Source of the DNA: Alphaproteobacteria bacterium
GTDB taxonomy: Bacteria; Pseudomonadota; Alphaproteobacteria; MPNO01
Reading direction: 5' to 3'
Length of the DNA stretch: 64,000 nucleotides
NCBI GenBank assembly: GCA_965248835.1
Contig: CBDFLJ010000002.1
Span: 2,048,001-2,112,000, forward strand
Shown in pieces: positions 19,198 through 29,446 of the stretch. How positions within the stretch are numbered: position 1 is the stretch's first letter; every line of letters begins with the position of its first letter. Under the pieces are notes generated by a model. That model saw only the letters and a program-made list of their open reading frames with translations. It did no database searches and was not told the DNA's origin. The translations under genes and the position numbers were made by a program.

Positions 19198-20121
19198 TCA
19201 TCCCGTCTTCGCCGGGAACAGGCCCTCGGGCTTGAAGAACAGCACCGCGGCCATCAGGACATAGATCAGCATGGAAGCGACCGCCGGCCCGGCGGTCTGG
19301 GCGGAGTCTTCGCTGATGAAGTTTGCCATCGTAAACGGCAGGATCGACCGGCCGACCACCTCGACGATGCCGACCAGCACCGAGGCGACCACCGCACCGC
19401 GCACCGAGCCGATGCCGCCGATGACGATGACCACGAAGGCCAGGATCAGCATGTCCTCGCCCATGCCCGGCTCGACCGACTGCAGCGGCCCGGCCATCAG
19501 GCCGGCGAACCCGGCGAGGACCGCGCCCAGCCCGAAAACCAGCGTGTACAGGAGCTGGATGTTGACTCCCAGCGCGCCGACCATCGACCGGTTGCTCGCA
19601 CCGGCGCGGATCAGCATGCCCATCCGGGTCCTGGTGATCAGGAAGAACAACGCAAACCCGATCGCAAGTCCGACCACGATAATCGCGACCCGGAACAGCG
19701 GGTACGGCGCTTCGGGGATGAACTCGACGCTGCCGTTGAGGAATTCCGGCACCGGCATCGGCTGGCTCTCCGCGCCCCAGACCAGACGCACCGCTTCGTT
19801 GAAAAACAGGATCAGCCCGAACGTCGCCAGCACCTGGTCCATGTGGTCGCGGTCGTACATGGTGCGCAGCGCGATCACCTCGATCAGGATCCCGCTGATC
19901 AGCGCGAGCGGCACCATGATCACGATCGCCAGCAGGAAGTTGCCGGTCCAGGCGTACATGGTCGCGGTGTAATAGGCGCCCAGCATGAACAGCGAGCCGT
20001 GCGCCAGGTTGACCACGTTCATGATGCCCAGCACCAGCGTGAGACCGGCGGAAACCAGGAACAGAAAGACGCCGAACTGGACGCCATTCAGAGTCTGCTC
20101 AATCAGCAGGAGCCAGGTCAT
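19198..20121 (-). CDS. ABC transporter permease (LivH-like)
   Basis: GLTLVLGIMNVVNLAHG, FVVIVIGGIGS. Confidence 0.93.
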   Translation of the reverse strand: MTWLLLIEQTLNGVQFGVFLFLVSAGLTLVLGIMNVVNLAHGSLFMLGAYYTATMYAWTGNFLLAIVIMVPLALISGILIEVIALRTMYDRDHMDQVLATFGLILFFNEAVRLVWGAESQPMPVPEFLNGSVEFIPEAPYPLFRVAIIVVGLAIGFALFFLITRTRMGMLIRAGASNRSMVGALGVNIQLLYTLVFGLGAVLAGFAGLMAGPLQSVEPGMGEDMLILAFVVIVIGGIGSVRGAVVASVLVGIVEVVGRSILPFTMANFISEDSAQTAGPAVASMLIYVLMAAVLFFKPEGLFPAKTG

Positions 20122-20162
20122 CGCGGAATGTTCTTGGTCGGGATCGGATTAAATCGTATCGC

Positions 20163-20202
20163 GGACCGTGGCGGGGATGCCGGTGCATCCCCGCCACGGT
20201 CC
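20163..20202 (-). terminator. Perfect 18-bp stem-loop after the binding-protein gene (intercistronic stabiliser/attenuator)
   Basis: GGACCGTGGCGGGGATGC-CGGT-GCATCCCCGCCACGGTCC; no poly-U tail. Confidence 0.7.
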
Positions 20203-20211
20203 TGTCGCCCG

Positions 20212-21384
20212 CTACCACTTCATCTTGCACTGATTGTAGTAGGCATCCTTGTGGTTCTCGAGCACCGCATTGGTGGTGACGATCTCGGGATCGCCGTTGG
20301 CATCGGCGCGCACTTCCCTGCGATAGAAGGTCTGGATCGGGATGTGGTTCATGTTGTAGGTGAACTTGCCGCGCACCGAGGCGAAGTCCGCCTTCTCCAT
20401 CGCCTGGATCATGCCCCGGATGTCGGACAGATCGCCGCCGACCCCCCTGACGCCGCTGTCGACCAGGAGCGGCATGTCATAGGCCTGGGCCGAGAACATC
20501 GAGGGGTGGTAGCCGTACTTGGCTTTGAAGTCCTTGATGAACCGCTGGTTCGCCGGGTTCTTGGAGCTGTTGTCCCAGTACGACGTGTGGTAGGTGCCGA
20601 TCGCCGCCTTACCGTGGCCCTTCAGCGTCAGGTAGTCCACGGTAAAGACCGAATAGAACGGAATCGTCTTGTGCAGGCCGGCGGCGCGGTACTGCTTGAT
20701 GAAGGCGATGCCCATCGGCCCGGGCACGAACCCGAACAGCGCCTTCGGCTTGACCGCGCGGATCTGCGAGATCTCGGCCTGATAGTCGCGCTGGCCGAGG
20801 CGGTAGAGAATGCGCCCGGTGACGTTGCCCTTATAGGTCCTTTCGAACCCGGTCAGCATGTCCTTGCCGGCCTGGTAGTTGGCCGAAATCAGGAACACGT
20901 TGTCGAGGTTCTCCTGGTTCATCAGCTGACCCATCGCCTCGGGCGTCTGGTCGTTGTTCCACGAGGTCGAGAAGAAATAGGGGCTGCAGTTCTTGCCGGC
21001 CATCGCCGACCAGCCGGCGTTGGTGCTGATGAGGATTTTCTTGGAGCGGATGACCCGACGCTGCACCGCCGCGAGTATGTTGGACCAGGTGATCCCGGCG
21101 ATGATGTGGGCCTTGTCCTTCTTGAGCAGCTTGTCCGCCTGCTGGCGGCCGACATCGGGCTTCCGTTGGTCGTCGCCATAGATCATCTTGACGTCGAGAC
21201 CGCCCATCTTGCGGCCCAGATGGTCGAGCGCGAGCTCGAGCCCGTCCTTCTGATGCTTGCCGTAGATCGCGGCACCGCCGGAGAAGGTGTTGATATAGCC
21301 GATGCGGACTTCCTTGTCCTGGGCAACCGCTTGGGAGGCAACCAGCATGGCCGCCGAAGCGATCAGCGCAATTCGGAACCTCAT
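20212..21384 (-). CDS. ABC transporter substrate-binding protein (LivK fold, likely aromatic acid ligand)
   Basis: Signal peptide MRFRIALIASAAMLVASQAVA; DDQRKPDVG; TSWNNDQTPEAMG; NYQAGKD. Confidence 0.9.
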   Translation of the reverse strand: MRFRIALIASAAMLVASQAVAQDKEVRIGYINTFSGGAAIYGKHQKDGLELALDHLGRKMGGLDVKMIYGDDQRKPDVGRQQADKLLKKDKAHIIAGITWSNILAAVQRRVIRSKKILISTNAGWSAMAGKNCSPYFFSTSWNNDQTPEAMGQLMNQENLDNVFLISANYQAGKDMLTGFERTYKGNVTGRILYRLGQRDYQAEISQIRAVKPKALFGFVPGPMGIAFIKQYRAAGLHKTIPFYSVFTVDYLTLKGHGKAAIGTYHTSYWDNSSKNPANQRFIKDFKAKYGYHPSMFSAQAYDMPLLVDSGVRGVGGDLSDIRGMIQAMEKADFASVRGKFTYNMNHIPIQTFYRREVRADANGDPEIVTTNAVLENHKDAYYNQCKMKW

Positions 21385-21477
21385 GACATCTCCCCGTTTG
21401 GTTGTTGAGGCTTTTATCGGTACCAAATTCCACCTTGGGGGCACAATTGTCAAATCCGGAACAAGGCGGGCCGGGGC

Positions 21478-22590
21478 CTATTCCGCCGCCGCCCGGCGTT
21501 CCTCCGGCCCGCGTGCCTCATCCTCGACCATGCGCCGCCAGGCGATGATCGAGTCATCGGGCCGAAAGAGCGGTGCCGGGTCGCTGTCGCCCATGAACGG
21601 GACGACGGAAAGGTCCTGGTTGTTGAAGTTGTAGTGGTGGACCCACAGGATGTAGGTCCAATAGCGCAGCCACCAGGCCAGTCGGCGCCAGCCGCCGAGC
21701 CAGGCCACGGCGAAGACGAGATAGTGATAGCGCCCGCGCTCGGACGGCGTGTACCACTCATAGTGGGTCCAGCCGGCGCGGCCGGGCTGGCGCACCCTGA
21801 GGACCGCCGGCAGCCGGATCGAGACCGTGTGCTCGTTCGAGCCCTGGGCGATGCGCCTCCGGCGGCGCTGCCAGAAATTGAACCGCGGCCAGCGGCCGAG
21901 ACCGGGATAGTCGTCATCGGCATGCACCGAATGCTGGTAGCGGCTGAGCCACGCTCCGTCATGGCTCCTGACGATCTCGGTGCGGTTCCAGCCGGCCACG
22001 CGGCGGAAAAAGACCCAGTAGGAGGTCCGATGCAGCATCTTGCCGTGGGCCTCGTCGAACCCGTTCTCGGCGGCATGGCGCCAGTCACCCTTGGCATGGC
22101 GGTGGAGCGCGAAGATCCTTGCGTCGGGCCGCAGCAGCTCTTCGGGCAGATCGTCCTCGATCGCGACCGGGCTGCCCTCGCCCATCCACACCCAGACCAT
22201 GCCGCAGCGTTCCTCGACCGGGAAGCTCTTGACCCGCACCTTGCCGATGACCGGGGAGTCGGGCCCGTCGGTGAGCGCGGCGACCAGCCGGCCGTCGCTG
22301 ACGTCGAACGTCCAGCCGTGATAGGCGCAACTGATCGTGCCGGGAAACTCGCACCGCCCGGCCGACAGCGGAATATGGCGGTGAGGGCAGCGGTCCTCCA
22401 GTGCGTAGGCGCGCCCGGCATGGCGGACGAACACCAGGTCCTTGCCGAGCAGCCGCCAGTGCATCGGCTTCGACCGGAGCTTCGATGAGGCCATCGCCGG
22501 ATGCCAGTATTCGGTCAGCCCCACGGACGCAGATGCATAACGCTGCCAGCGGTCGATGTCCCCTCCAGCTATCCTTTCCTCGGTGCTCAC
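21478..22590 (-). CDS. Rieske oxygenase, alpha3 type (CarAa / 2-oxoquinoline 8-monooxygenase-like)
   Basis: GLTEYWHPA, DRCPHR...SCAYHGWTF, ALTDGPDSP, WRHAAENGFDEAHGKMLH; GTG start overlaps the upstream stop. Confidence 0.85.
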   Translation of the reverse strand: MSTEERIAGGDIDRWQRYASASVGLTEYWHPAMASSKLRSKPMHWRLLGKDLVFVRHAGRAYALEDRCPHRHIPLSAGRCEFPGTISCAYHGWTFDVSDGRLVAALTDGPDSPVIGKVRVKSFPVEERCGMVWVWMGEGSPVAIEDDLPEELLRPDARIFALHRHAKGDWRHAAENGFDEAHGKMLHRTSYWVFFRRVAGWNRTEIVRSHDGAWLSRYQHSVHADDDYPGLGRWPRFNFWQRRRRRIAQGSNEHTVSIRLPAVLRVRQPGRAGWTHYEWYTPSERGRYHYLVFAVAWLGGWRRLAWWLRYWTYILWVHHYNFNNQDLSVVPFMGDSDPAPLFRPDDSIIAWRRMVEDEARGPEERRAAAE

Positions 22591-23933
22591 AGCCCGACCT
22601 CCGCTCTCGTGCGCGTGCAGGTGTCGACGATGGTATAGACCAAGCAGCGTGCATAGCGCTCCATTCCGGCGAGTTCGGCAAGCCCCATCGTGTGCCTGGG
22701 CCGTTCGGCCGAGGCGGTCATGACCGCGGGCAGGCCGAAGCGCGCGGTGGGGATCCCGGCTGCGCGCAGGATCACCGCCTCGGTCTGGCCGCTGGTCTGC
22801 AGGTAGGGCGCGTGCGCGACACCTTCGGTGTCCTCGAAGCCGCGGATGCAGGACTGGATGATCCAGTTCCGCGGGTCGGTGCCCGCGCCGGGGATCGACA
22901 GGATCATCTCGCACGCGGTCTCGAGCCCCGGATGATCGGCGGCGATCGCCGCCAGTTCCGCCTCCAGCGCACGCCGGGCCTGCATCGGGGTCGTGCGCGG
23001 GCTGATCCTGAGATCGACATAGAGGTCGCAGGCCGCCGGCACCATCGACGGCTTGTAGGTCCAGCCTCCCTCGATCGCACCGACCGCGCCCTGCGGGGCG
23101 ACCAGCCCGTCGGTGTGGCGCCGGGCGTAGTCGTCGAACCACGCCTCCAGCCGCGTGACAACCCTCGCCGCCTCGGCGATCGGGTTGCGGTATTGCAGAA
23201 AATGCTTGCGCCCGACATAGGTCTGCACGCCGCGCACCCGGATGCGGAACCAGCACAGCCCGACTTCCTCCCAGGCAACCGCGTAGCCGGGCTTGGCGAT
23301 GATCGCGAAATCGCCGCGCACGCCTCGCTCCAGCATGAACCGGCAGCCGCGGCCGTGGCCGACCGAGGCGCGCCGATCGCCCGGCCTCGGGTTGGCCGGC
23401 GCACCGCCGGCGCCAAAGCACAGCCGGACCGGGCCGGTCAGGCCGATCTCGGCCGCACCGACCGCGTGCGCCGCAGCGATCGCCGAGACGATGTGCGCCT
23501 TCGGGTTGTCGGCGCTGAGGCCGGTAACGGTGCCCGGACCGACCACCGCCCGGGCGCGCATGTGCTCGGGCAGAACATCGCCCACCCAGGGGACCTCGTC
23601 CTCCGCCCTGCCGGTGAACGGGCTGTCGAGCGGAGCGAAGATCATCAGCTGCGGCCCTTCGCCGGAACCCGGCAGTTCGCCGATCGCATTGGCCGAGCGG
23701 TCGTCGAGCCGCTGCAGGCTCGCCTTCAGGCCGCAGCCTTCCATGACCTCGACCAGGGCCTCGGCGATCGCCATTTCCTCGCCGAACGGGCTGGGGATTT
23801 CGACCAGACGGACCAGGAGATCGGTCATCCAGGCCCGGTCGATCCTGGACGAAGCACCCTCGACCGCACGCCGGCGACCGGCGTCAAGCGGCAGGGTGAT
23901 GGTCTCCACGGCGCTGGGAACTGTCACGGTCAC
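22587..23933 (-). CDS. M20/ArgE-DapE-like protein with degenerate metal/catalytic motifs
   Basis: LVEIPSPFGEE, NAIGELPGSGEGPQL, GAIEGG, YVDLRISP; HxD is replaced by PLD and EE by GG. Confidence 0.8.
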   Translation of the reverse strand: MTVTVPSAVETITLPLDAGRRRAVEGASSRIDRAWMTDLLVRLVEIPSPFGEEMAIAEALVEVMEGCGLKASLQRLDDRSANAIGELPGSGEGPQLMIFAPLDSPFTGRAEDEVPWVGDVLPEHMRARAVVGPGTVTGLSADNPKAHIVSAIAAAHAVGAAEIGLTGPVRLCFGAGGAPANPRPGDRRASVGHGRGCRFMLERGVRGDFAIIAKPGYAVAWEEVGLCWFRIRVRGVQTYVGRKHFLQYRNPIAEAARVVTRLEAWFDDYARRHTDGLVAPQGAVGAIEGGWTYKPSMVPAACDLYVDLRISPRTTPMQARRALEAELAAIAADHPGLETACEMILSIPGAGTDPRNWIIQSCIRGFEDTEGVAHAPYLQTSGQTEAVILRAAGIPTARFGLPAVMTASAERPRHTMGLAELAGMERYARCLVYTIVDTCTRTRAEVGL

Positions 23934-24033
23934 CGTCCTCTCCTCCGCTATCGAGTCTGCCCAAGAACGGGCTGGAGCTCAATCCACCGGCAGGTGTAGG
24001 TTTGCCGCGGATAAGTCGGGGAAGCGTGGCGTG

Positions 24034-24222
24034 GTGGAAAAGCCAATCGGGGATGCCGGCGCGTTTGTCGATCACAGCGCCGCAGTGCTGGGCATCGCGC
24101 TCGATCCGGCGGTGCGCGAGGCCGTGATCGTCAATTTCAAGCTTTTCGCCGGCCTGGCGGCCGCGATCGAGGGGTTCGAGGAGCCGGAGACGCATGAGCC
24201 GCCGGCGGTGTTCCGGCCATGA
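24034..24222 (+). CDS. AtzG/HpxX-like (DUF4089) small amidase partner
   Basis: VDHSAAVLGIALDPAVREAVIVNF...EPPAVFRP, ATGA-coupled to the AtzE-like gene; not called separately in the track. Confidence 0.8.
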   Translation: MEKPIGDAGAFVDHSAAVLGIALDPAVREAVIVNFKLFAGLAAAIEGFEEPETHEPPAVFRP

Positions 24223-25523
24223 CCGAGGCCAAGCGAGCCGCGGTCGGCGAAGCGCTCGCCCGCGTCGCCGGCGAGAACGGGCGGATCAACGCCTTCAGGA
24301 CCGTTCTTGACGATCTGGCGTTGTCGGCGGCGGCGCAGCCGGCGACCGGCCACCGGCTGGACGGTGTCCCGTTCGCGGTCAAGGACCTGTTCGACATCGC
24401 CGGGCAGACCACGCTCGCCGGCTCGAAGATGCGCCGGGGCGATGCACCCGCGGTCCGCGATGCCACCGCCGTCGCCCGTTTGCGGGAGACCGGCGCGGTG
24501 CTCCTGGGCACGCTCAACATGGACGAGTTCGCTTACGGCTTCACCGGCGAGAACGCCCATACCGGGGCCACGCGGAACCCGCGCGATCCCGATCACATGA
24601 CCGGCGGATCCTCGTCGGGCTCGGGCGCCGCGGTCGCCGCGGGCCTGGTGCCGTTCGCCCTGGGCTCCGACACCAACGGTTCGGTCCGGGTGCCGGCGGC
24701 GCTCTGCGGCGTTTACGGCCTCAAGCCGACCTTCGGGCGCATCCCGAGGGCCGGCGTCGCACCGCTCGCCTGGAGCTTCGATCATGTCGGCGTGCTGGCG
24801 AGGGACGTCCGCGACATCGCGGCGGTGCTGGACGCCACCCAGGGACCCGACGAGCGCGATCCGGCGGCTTCGGCCGAGCATCGGGCAGCGACATCGGACA
24901 CGCTGGGCGCCGGGGTGGCGGGGCTGCGAATCGCGCGCGCCGGAGGGCATTTCGCGACCGGCGGGCTCGCGGAGGCCTTTACCGCGGCCGACCGCGTCGC
25001 CAAGGCGCTCGATGCCTCGCGCACGGTGGAGTTGGCGGATTCCGGCCGCGCGGGCCAGGCCGGGCTCCTGATCACGTCGGCCGAGGCGGCGAGCATCCAT
25101 CTCGAGGATATCCGCTCGCGCGACGCCCTGTTCGACCCGCACACGCGGGCGCGCTGGATCGCGGCCGCGATGATCCCATCGATCTGGGTGGCGGCCGCGC
25201 AGCGCTTCCGGCGTTCCTATCAGGCCAGGATGAGGGCGCTGTTCGAGGAGATCGACATTCTGGTGACGCCGACGACTCCGTTCCCGCCGCCGCGGATCGG
25301 CCAGTCGACCATCGAGATCGACGGACAGGAACTGCCGACCCGCGGGACGCTGGGGCGCTTCACCGCACCGTTCTCGTTCGTCGGCGTGCCCGCGATCTCG
25401 GTCCCGGTCGATATCGGCGGACGGTTTCCGATGGGCGTTCAGCTCGTCGCCGGACCCGGCAAGGACGCGTTGCTGCTGCGTGCCGCGGCCTCGCTCGCCC
25501 AACGGGGCGTGAGCCTGTCATGA
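24219..25523 (+). CDS. AtzE-family amidase-signature amidohydrolase
   Basis: AVKDLFD, NMDEFAYGFTGEN, GGSSSGSG, GSDTNGSVRVPA. Confidence 0.9.
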   Translation: MTEAKRAAVGEALARVAGENGRINAFRTVLDDLALSAAAQPATGHRLDGVPFAVKDLFDIAGQTTLAGSKMRRGDAPAVRDATAVARLRETGAVLLGTLNMDEFAYGFTGENAHTGATRNPRDPDHMTGGSSSGSGAAVAAGLVPFALGSDTNGSVRVPAALCGVYGLKPTFGRIPRAGVAPLAWSFDHVGVLARDVRDIAAVLDATQGPDERDPAASAEHRAATSDTLGAGVAGLRIARAGGHFATGGLAEAFTAADRVAKALDASRTVELADSGRAGQAGLLITSAEAASIHLEDIRSRDALFDPHTRARWIAAAMIPSIWVAAAQRFRRSYQARMRALFEEIDILVTPTTPFPPPRIGQSTIEIDGQELPTRGTLGRFTAPFSFVGVPAISVPVDIGGRFPMGVQLVAGPGKDALLLRAAASLAQRGVSLS

Positions 25524-26952
25524 CCGGCAGGGAAGGAGACGGGCTGCTGCAGCGCACCGTCCAGCGCGTGCTCGAGCAATGGCGCGAGATCGCGGGCGGG
25601 TCGCTGGAGGACACCGCCGAGGCGCTGCGGCCCGACCTGCCTGACCGTGACGCCGAACGGGTCCGCAAGCAGATGCGCGCGTGCCTGGAAGCGCGCGGCG
25701 GCGAGGTCTCGGCGCGGTCGCGGGCGGCGGCCCTGGGGCGTGCCTATCTGTCGCTCAACGCCGACGGCCGCACCCGGTTCCTGCGGATCCTGGCCACCGA
25801 CTTCGACACCGACCGGCAGGCGGTCGCGGCCGCGGCCATCGGGCTCGACGAGCTCGACGACTGGGGCGGACGCAAGCGGCGGAGCGCCAGCTCCGCGAAG
25901 CGCTGGAGCCGCCGCGTCGGCGGCTGTTGACACAGTTCAACGCGCTGCCCGACGGGGTGAAGTTCCTGGTCGACATGCGCGCGAGCCTGCTCGAACTGTC
26001 GGCCGAGGACCCGGCGCTCGACGACCTGGAAGCCGACCTCAAAGCGCTGCTGACGAGCTGGTTCGATATCGGCTTCCTTGAGCTCAAACGCATCACCTGG
26101 GAGACCCCGGCCGCGGTCATCGAGAAGCTGATCGAGTACGAGGCCGTGCACGAGATCCGCGACTGGGAGGACATGAAGTCGAGGCTCGCCTCGGACCGGC
26201 GCTGCTACGCCTATTTCCATCCGCGGATGCCCGAAGAGCCGCTGATCTTCGTCGAGGTCGCGCTGACCGAGGGGATGGCAAGCTCGATCAGCGCGCTGCT
26301 CGGGGAGCGCGAGCACCCCGAAGAAGCCTCGGCAGCCGACTGTGCGATCTTCTATTCGATCTCCACCGCCCAGCGCGGCCTCGACGGCATCGGCTTCGGC
26401 GGCTTCCTGATCAAGCGCGTGGTCGAGCAGCTCGCCCAGGAGTTCGAGCACCTGGAGACCTTTGCGACCCTGTCGCCGATCCCGGGGTTCCGGCGTTGGC
26501 TCGACGACCACCTCGCCGAGCCGGCGGCCGACCTGCTTACCCGCGGCGAGCACCGGGCGCTCGCCGCGTTCCTGGAAGACGGCGGCGACCAGGATTTCGA
26601 CGAGGCCTCCTTCCTGGCCCGGCTCCTCGACCGGCCGGATTGGCAGGACGACGAGGCGCTGGCCAAGGCCCTGTGCGGCCCGCTGAGCCGGCTTTGCGCC
26701 CACTACCTCGTGCGTGAGAAACGCAACGGCCGTCGGGTGCGCGACCCCGTGGCCCATTTTCACCTTTCCAACGGCGCCCGGATGGAGCGGCTCAACTGGC
26801 TCGCCGACCGCTCGGCCAAGGGGCTGGCCCAGTCCGCCGGGCTGATGATCAACTATCTCTATGCCGTCGACGACATCCCGGCCAACCACGAGGCCTATGC
26901 CGGCGAGGGCGAGATCCCGGCGTCCTCGAAGTTCCGCGCGCTGCTGCGTTAG
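25520..26952 (+). pseudogene. Malonyl-CoA decarboxylase, frameshifted near 25862-25876 (real lesion or sequencing error)
   Basis: N-terminal part in the frame of 25520 (RGGEVSARSRA), C-terminal part in the frame of 25681 (LLTQFNALPDGVKFLVDMR, YEAVHEI, FATLSPIPGF, DPVAHFHLSNGA). Confidence 0.85.
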
Positions 26953-27016
26953 ACCCTGCCCCTGACCGGTTGGGTGCGCCAAAGCGGCGAGGCCCGGTTT
27001 GTGCTATGGAAATGCG

Positions 27017-28660
27017 GTGGACTATGACGCGATCATCATCGGGGCCGGCCATAACGGACTGATCCTGCAAGCCTATCTCTGCCGCGCCGGGCTGAAGGTG
27101 CTGAGCCTGGAGCGGCTTGAGGTCGCCGGCGGCGGGCTTTCCACCGTCGAGGATCCGCGCAACCCCGGCTTCTGGCACAACACCCACGCCTTCTTCCACC
27201 GCGCTATCACCGCGATGCCGTGGTATGCCGACCTGGGTCTGGAGGCCAAGGGCGCCGAATACATCGAGCCGGCGCTGAATGTCGCCATGGTGCTCGCCGA
27301 CGGCCGGACGATCCAGTGGTGGACCGACCCGGAGCGCACCGCGGACTCCTTCGCCGCGATCAACCGGCGTGATGCGGCGACGCTCAAGCGCTGGCACGCG
27401 CAGTTCGTCGGCATCACCGAGACGATCCTGCGTCCGGAGGCGATGGCCCCGCCCCTCCCGGTCGCCGAGCGCCGCGCTCTCCTGGAGCGCAGCGCTGCGG
27501 GCCGCCGGCTGCTCGAGGTCGCCGCGCTGTCCCCGCTCGAATTCGTCCGTCGGGAATTCGAGGATCCGGCGATCCAGGCCGGGCTTCTGTTCTTCAACGG
27601 GCTCCGCGAGGTCGATCCCCGGGTCCGCGGCTTCGGCCACCATATCGCGATGCTGCTGGCGAGCCCGGCCAAGGCGCAGATGTGCCGGGGCGGCGCCGCT
27701 GCCCTCGCCCGCGCGCTGCTCGCCGATATCGAGGAGCATGGCGGCACGGTGCGCTGCGGCACGGTCCCGCGTTCGATCATGATCGAGGACGGACGAGCCG
27801 CCGGTGTGGTGCTCCGGGACGGCGAGGTCATCCGCTCGGGCAAGCTCGTCGCCTCTTCCCTCGATCCCCATCAGACCTTCCTCGGCCTGATCGAGGCGGA
27901 TCAACTGCCCGCGCCGTGGCGCGATGCGGCCGCCGGCTTCCGCTACAACCTGATCGCGCCTTTGTTCGCGATCAATCTGTGCCTGTCCGAGCCGCCGGCA
28001 TACGCGGCGGCCGAGCGGCATCCCGAGCTCGCAGAGGCGCTCATGGTCATCCTGGGGCTCGACCACGTCGAACAATACCCGGACCTCATCGGCCACCATG
28101 AGGCGGGGACGATCGGCGATCCCGTCATGTGGGGCGCCGCGCCGACGGTCTTCGATCCAACCCAGGCGCCGCCCGGCCGACACACGGCCTTCATGTGGGA
28201 GAAGGTGCCCTACGCGCTCGGCGGCGATCCGGCGCATTGGGACGCGCACAAGCAGACCCATGGCCAGCGCATGCTCGATCACTGGCGGTCCTATGCGCCC
28301 AACCTGGCCGAGGCGGTGATCGACTGGAGCCCGCAAAGCCCGCTCGACATCGAGCGGCGGTTCCCCAACATGCGCCGTGGCGATCTCCTGATCGGCGCGT
28401 TCACCGACGGTCAGATCGGCCACGACCGGCCGTTTCCTGGGGCCGGTTCATATCGCGGCCACGTGGCGGGGCTCTATCTGTGCGGTTCGTCCTCCCACCC
28501 GGGCGGCAACATTACCGGGCTGCCGGGCTACAACGCCGCCCAGGTGGTGCTGTCCGACCTCGGCATTGCCGCCGACTGGCTGCCGCCGCCGATCGCCGAC
28601 CGGCTGGCCGGTCTCGCCACACCGGACCGGCCGGAACCGGCGACGGAACCGTTCGCCTGA
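27017..28660 (+). CDS. Phytoene dehydrogenase-like NAD(P)/FAD-dependent oxidoreductase
   Basis: YDAIIIGAGHNGL, DPTQAPPG, SPLDIE, LYLCGSSSHPGGNITGLPGYNAA. Confidence 0.88.
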   Translation: MDYDAIIIGAGHNGLILQAYLCRAGLKVLSLERLEVAGGGLSTVEDPRNPGFWHNTHAFFHRAITAMPWYADLGLEAKGAEYIEPALNVAMVLADGRTIQWWTDPERTADSFAAINRRDAATLKRWHAQFVGITETILRPEAMAPPLPVAERRALLERSAAGRRLLEVAALSPLEFVRREFEDPAIQAGLLFFNGLREVDPRVRGFGHHIAMLLASPAKAQMCRGGAAALARALLADIEEHGGTVRCGTVPRSIMIEDGRAAGVVLRDGEVIRSGKLVASSLDPHQTFLGLIEADQLPAPWRDAAAGFRYNLIAPLFAINLCLSEPPAYAAAERHPELAEALMVILGLDHVEQYPDLIGHHEAGTIGDPVMWGAAPTVFDPTQAPPGRHTAFMWEKVPYALGGDPAHWDAHKQTHGQRMLDHWRSYAPNLAEAVIDWSPQSPLDIERRFPNMRRGDLLIGAFTDGQIGHDRPFPGAGSYRGHVAGLYLCGSSSHPGGNITGLPGYNAAQVVLSDLGIAADWLPPPIADRLAGLATPDRPEPATEPFA

Positions 28661-28837
28661 AATCAGCCCAAACCCGCCGCAACCTCGCCGCTACGCAACC
28701 AAATCCCTCGATCGACGCTCAAACAAACAAGACTTGCCTGCCATCAACCCTTCCTGAAATATCCGGGCCAAAGCGCTTGACGGATCCTGGGCCCCGCCGC
28801 ATGACACGCCGCAGCCAAAGAAGAGTTTGGAGGACAA

Positions 28838-29446
28838 ATGCCGGTCAAGGCAGCGGCCCGGTTCGTGCTTGCCTCGGCTTCGCCGCGGCGCCTGGAGCTG
28901 CTTAGGCAGATCGGGATCACCCCCGATGACATCGCGCCTGCCGATATCGACGAGGCTCCGGGCGAGCGCGAGCAGCCCCGGGCGCTGGCGCTGCGGCTCG
29001 CGCTGGACAAGGCCCGCCACGTCGCGCCCGACCATGCCGGAGACTGGATCCTCGCCGCCGATACCGTCGTCGCCTGCGGTCGCCGCATCCTGCCCAAGGC
29101 CACGGACCCCGAGACCGCGCGCAGATGCCTTGCGCTTCTGTCCGGCCGGCGGCACCGGGTCTATGGCGGGGTCTGCGTGATCGATCCCGGCGGCCGCCAC
29201 CGGACACGGCTCGGACAGACGGTGGTCACGTTCAAGCGGCTGTCGGCGAGCGAGACGGACGCCTATCTCGCGTGCGGCGAATGGCAGGGCAAGGCGGGCG
29301 GCTACGCGATCCAGGGCCGGGCCGCCGCGCTGGTGCGCAGCATCGGCGGTTCCTATTCCAATGTGGTGGGGCTACCCTTGTTCGAGACGGTGAGCCTGCT
29401 TGAGGGGCTCGGTTTCGACCGGTCGGGGGAACGCTCCGTTGGGTGA
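28838..29446 (+). CDS. maf: Maf/YhdE nucleoside triphosphate pyrophosphatase
   Basis: LASASPRRLELL, ADTVV, GKAGGYAIQG, GSYSNVVGLP. Confidence 0.95.
   Translation: MPVKAAARFVLASASPRRLELLRQIGITPDDIAPADIDEAPGEREQPRALALRLALDKARHVAPDHAGDWILAADTVVACGRRILPKATDPETARRCLALLSGRRHRVYGGVCVIDPGGRHRTRLGQTVVTFKRLSASETDAYLACGEWQGKAGGYAIQGRAAALVRSIGGSYSNVVGLPLFETVSLLEGLGFDRSGERSVG

Noticed and set aside
24219-25523. Atrazine/cyanuric acid degradation cluster
   Set aside because: No atzD, biuH, atzF or atzH in the window; AtzE-family amidases are widespread.
28660-28838. infA remnant or ncRNA upstream of maf (GCC AAA GAA GAG reads AKEE)
   Set aside because: Only four codons match, with no start codon or further similarity and no convincing RNA structure; likely promoter/leader sequence.
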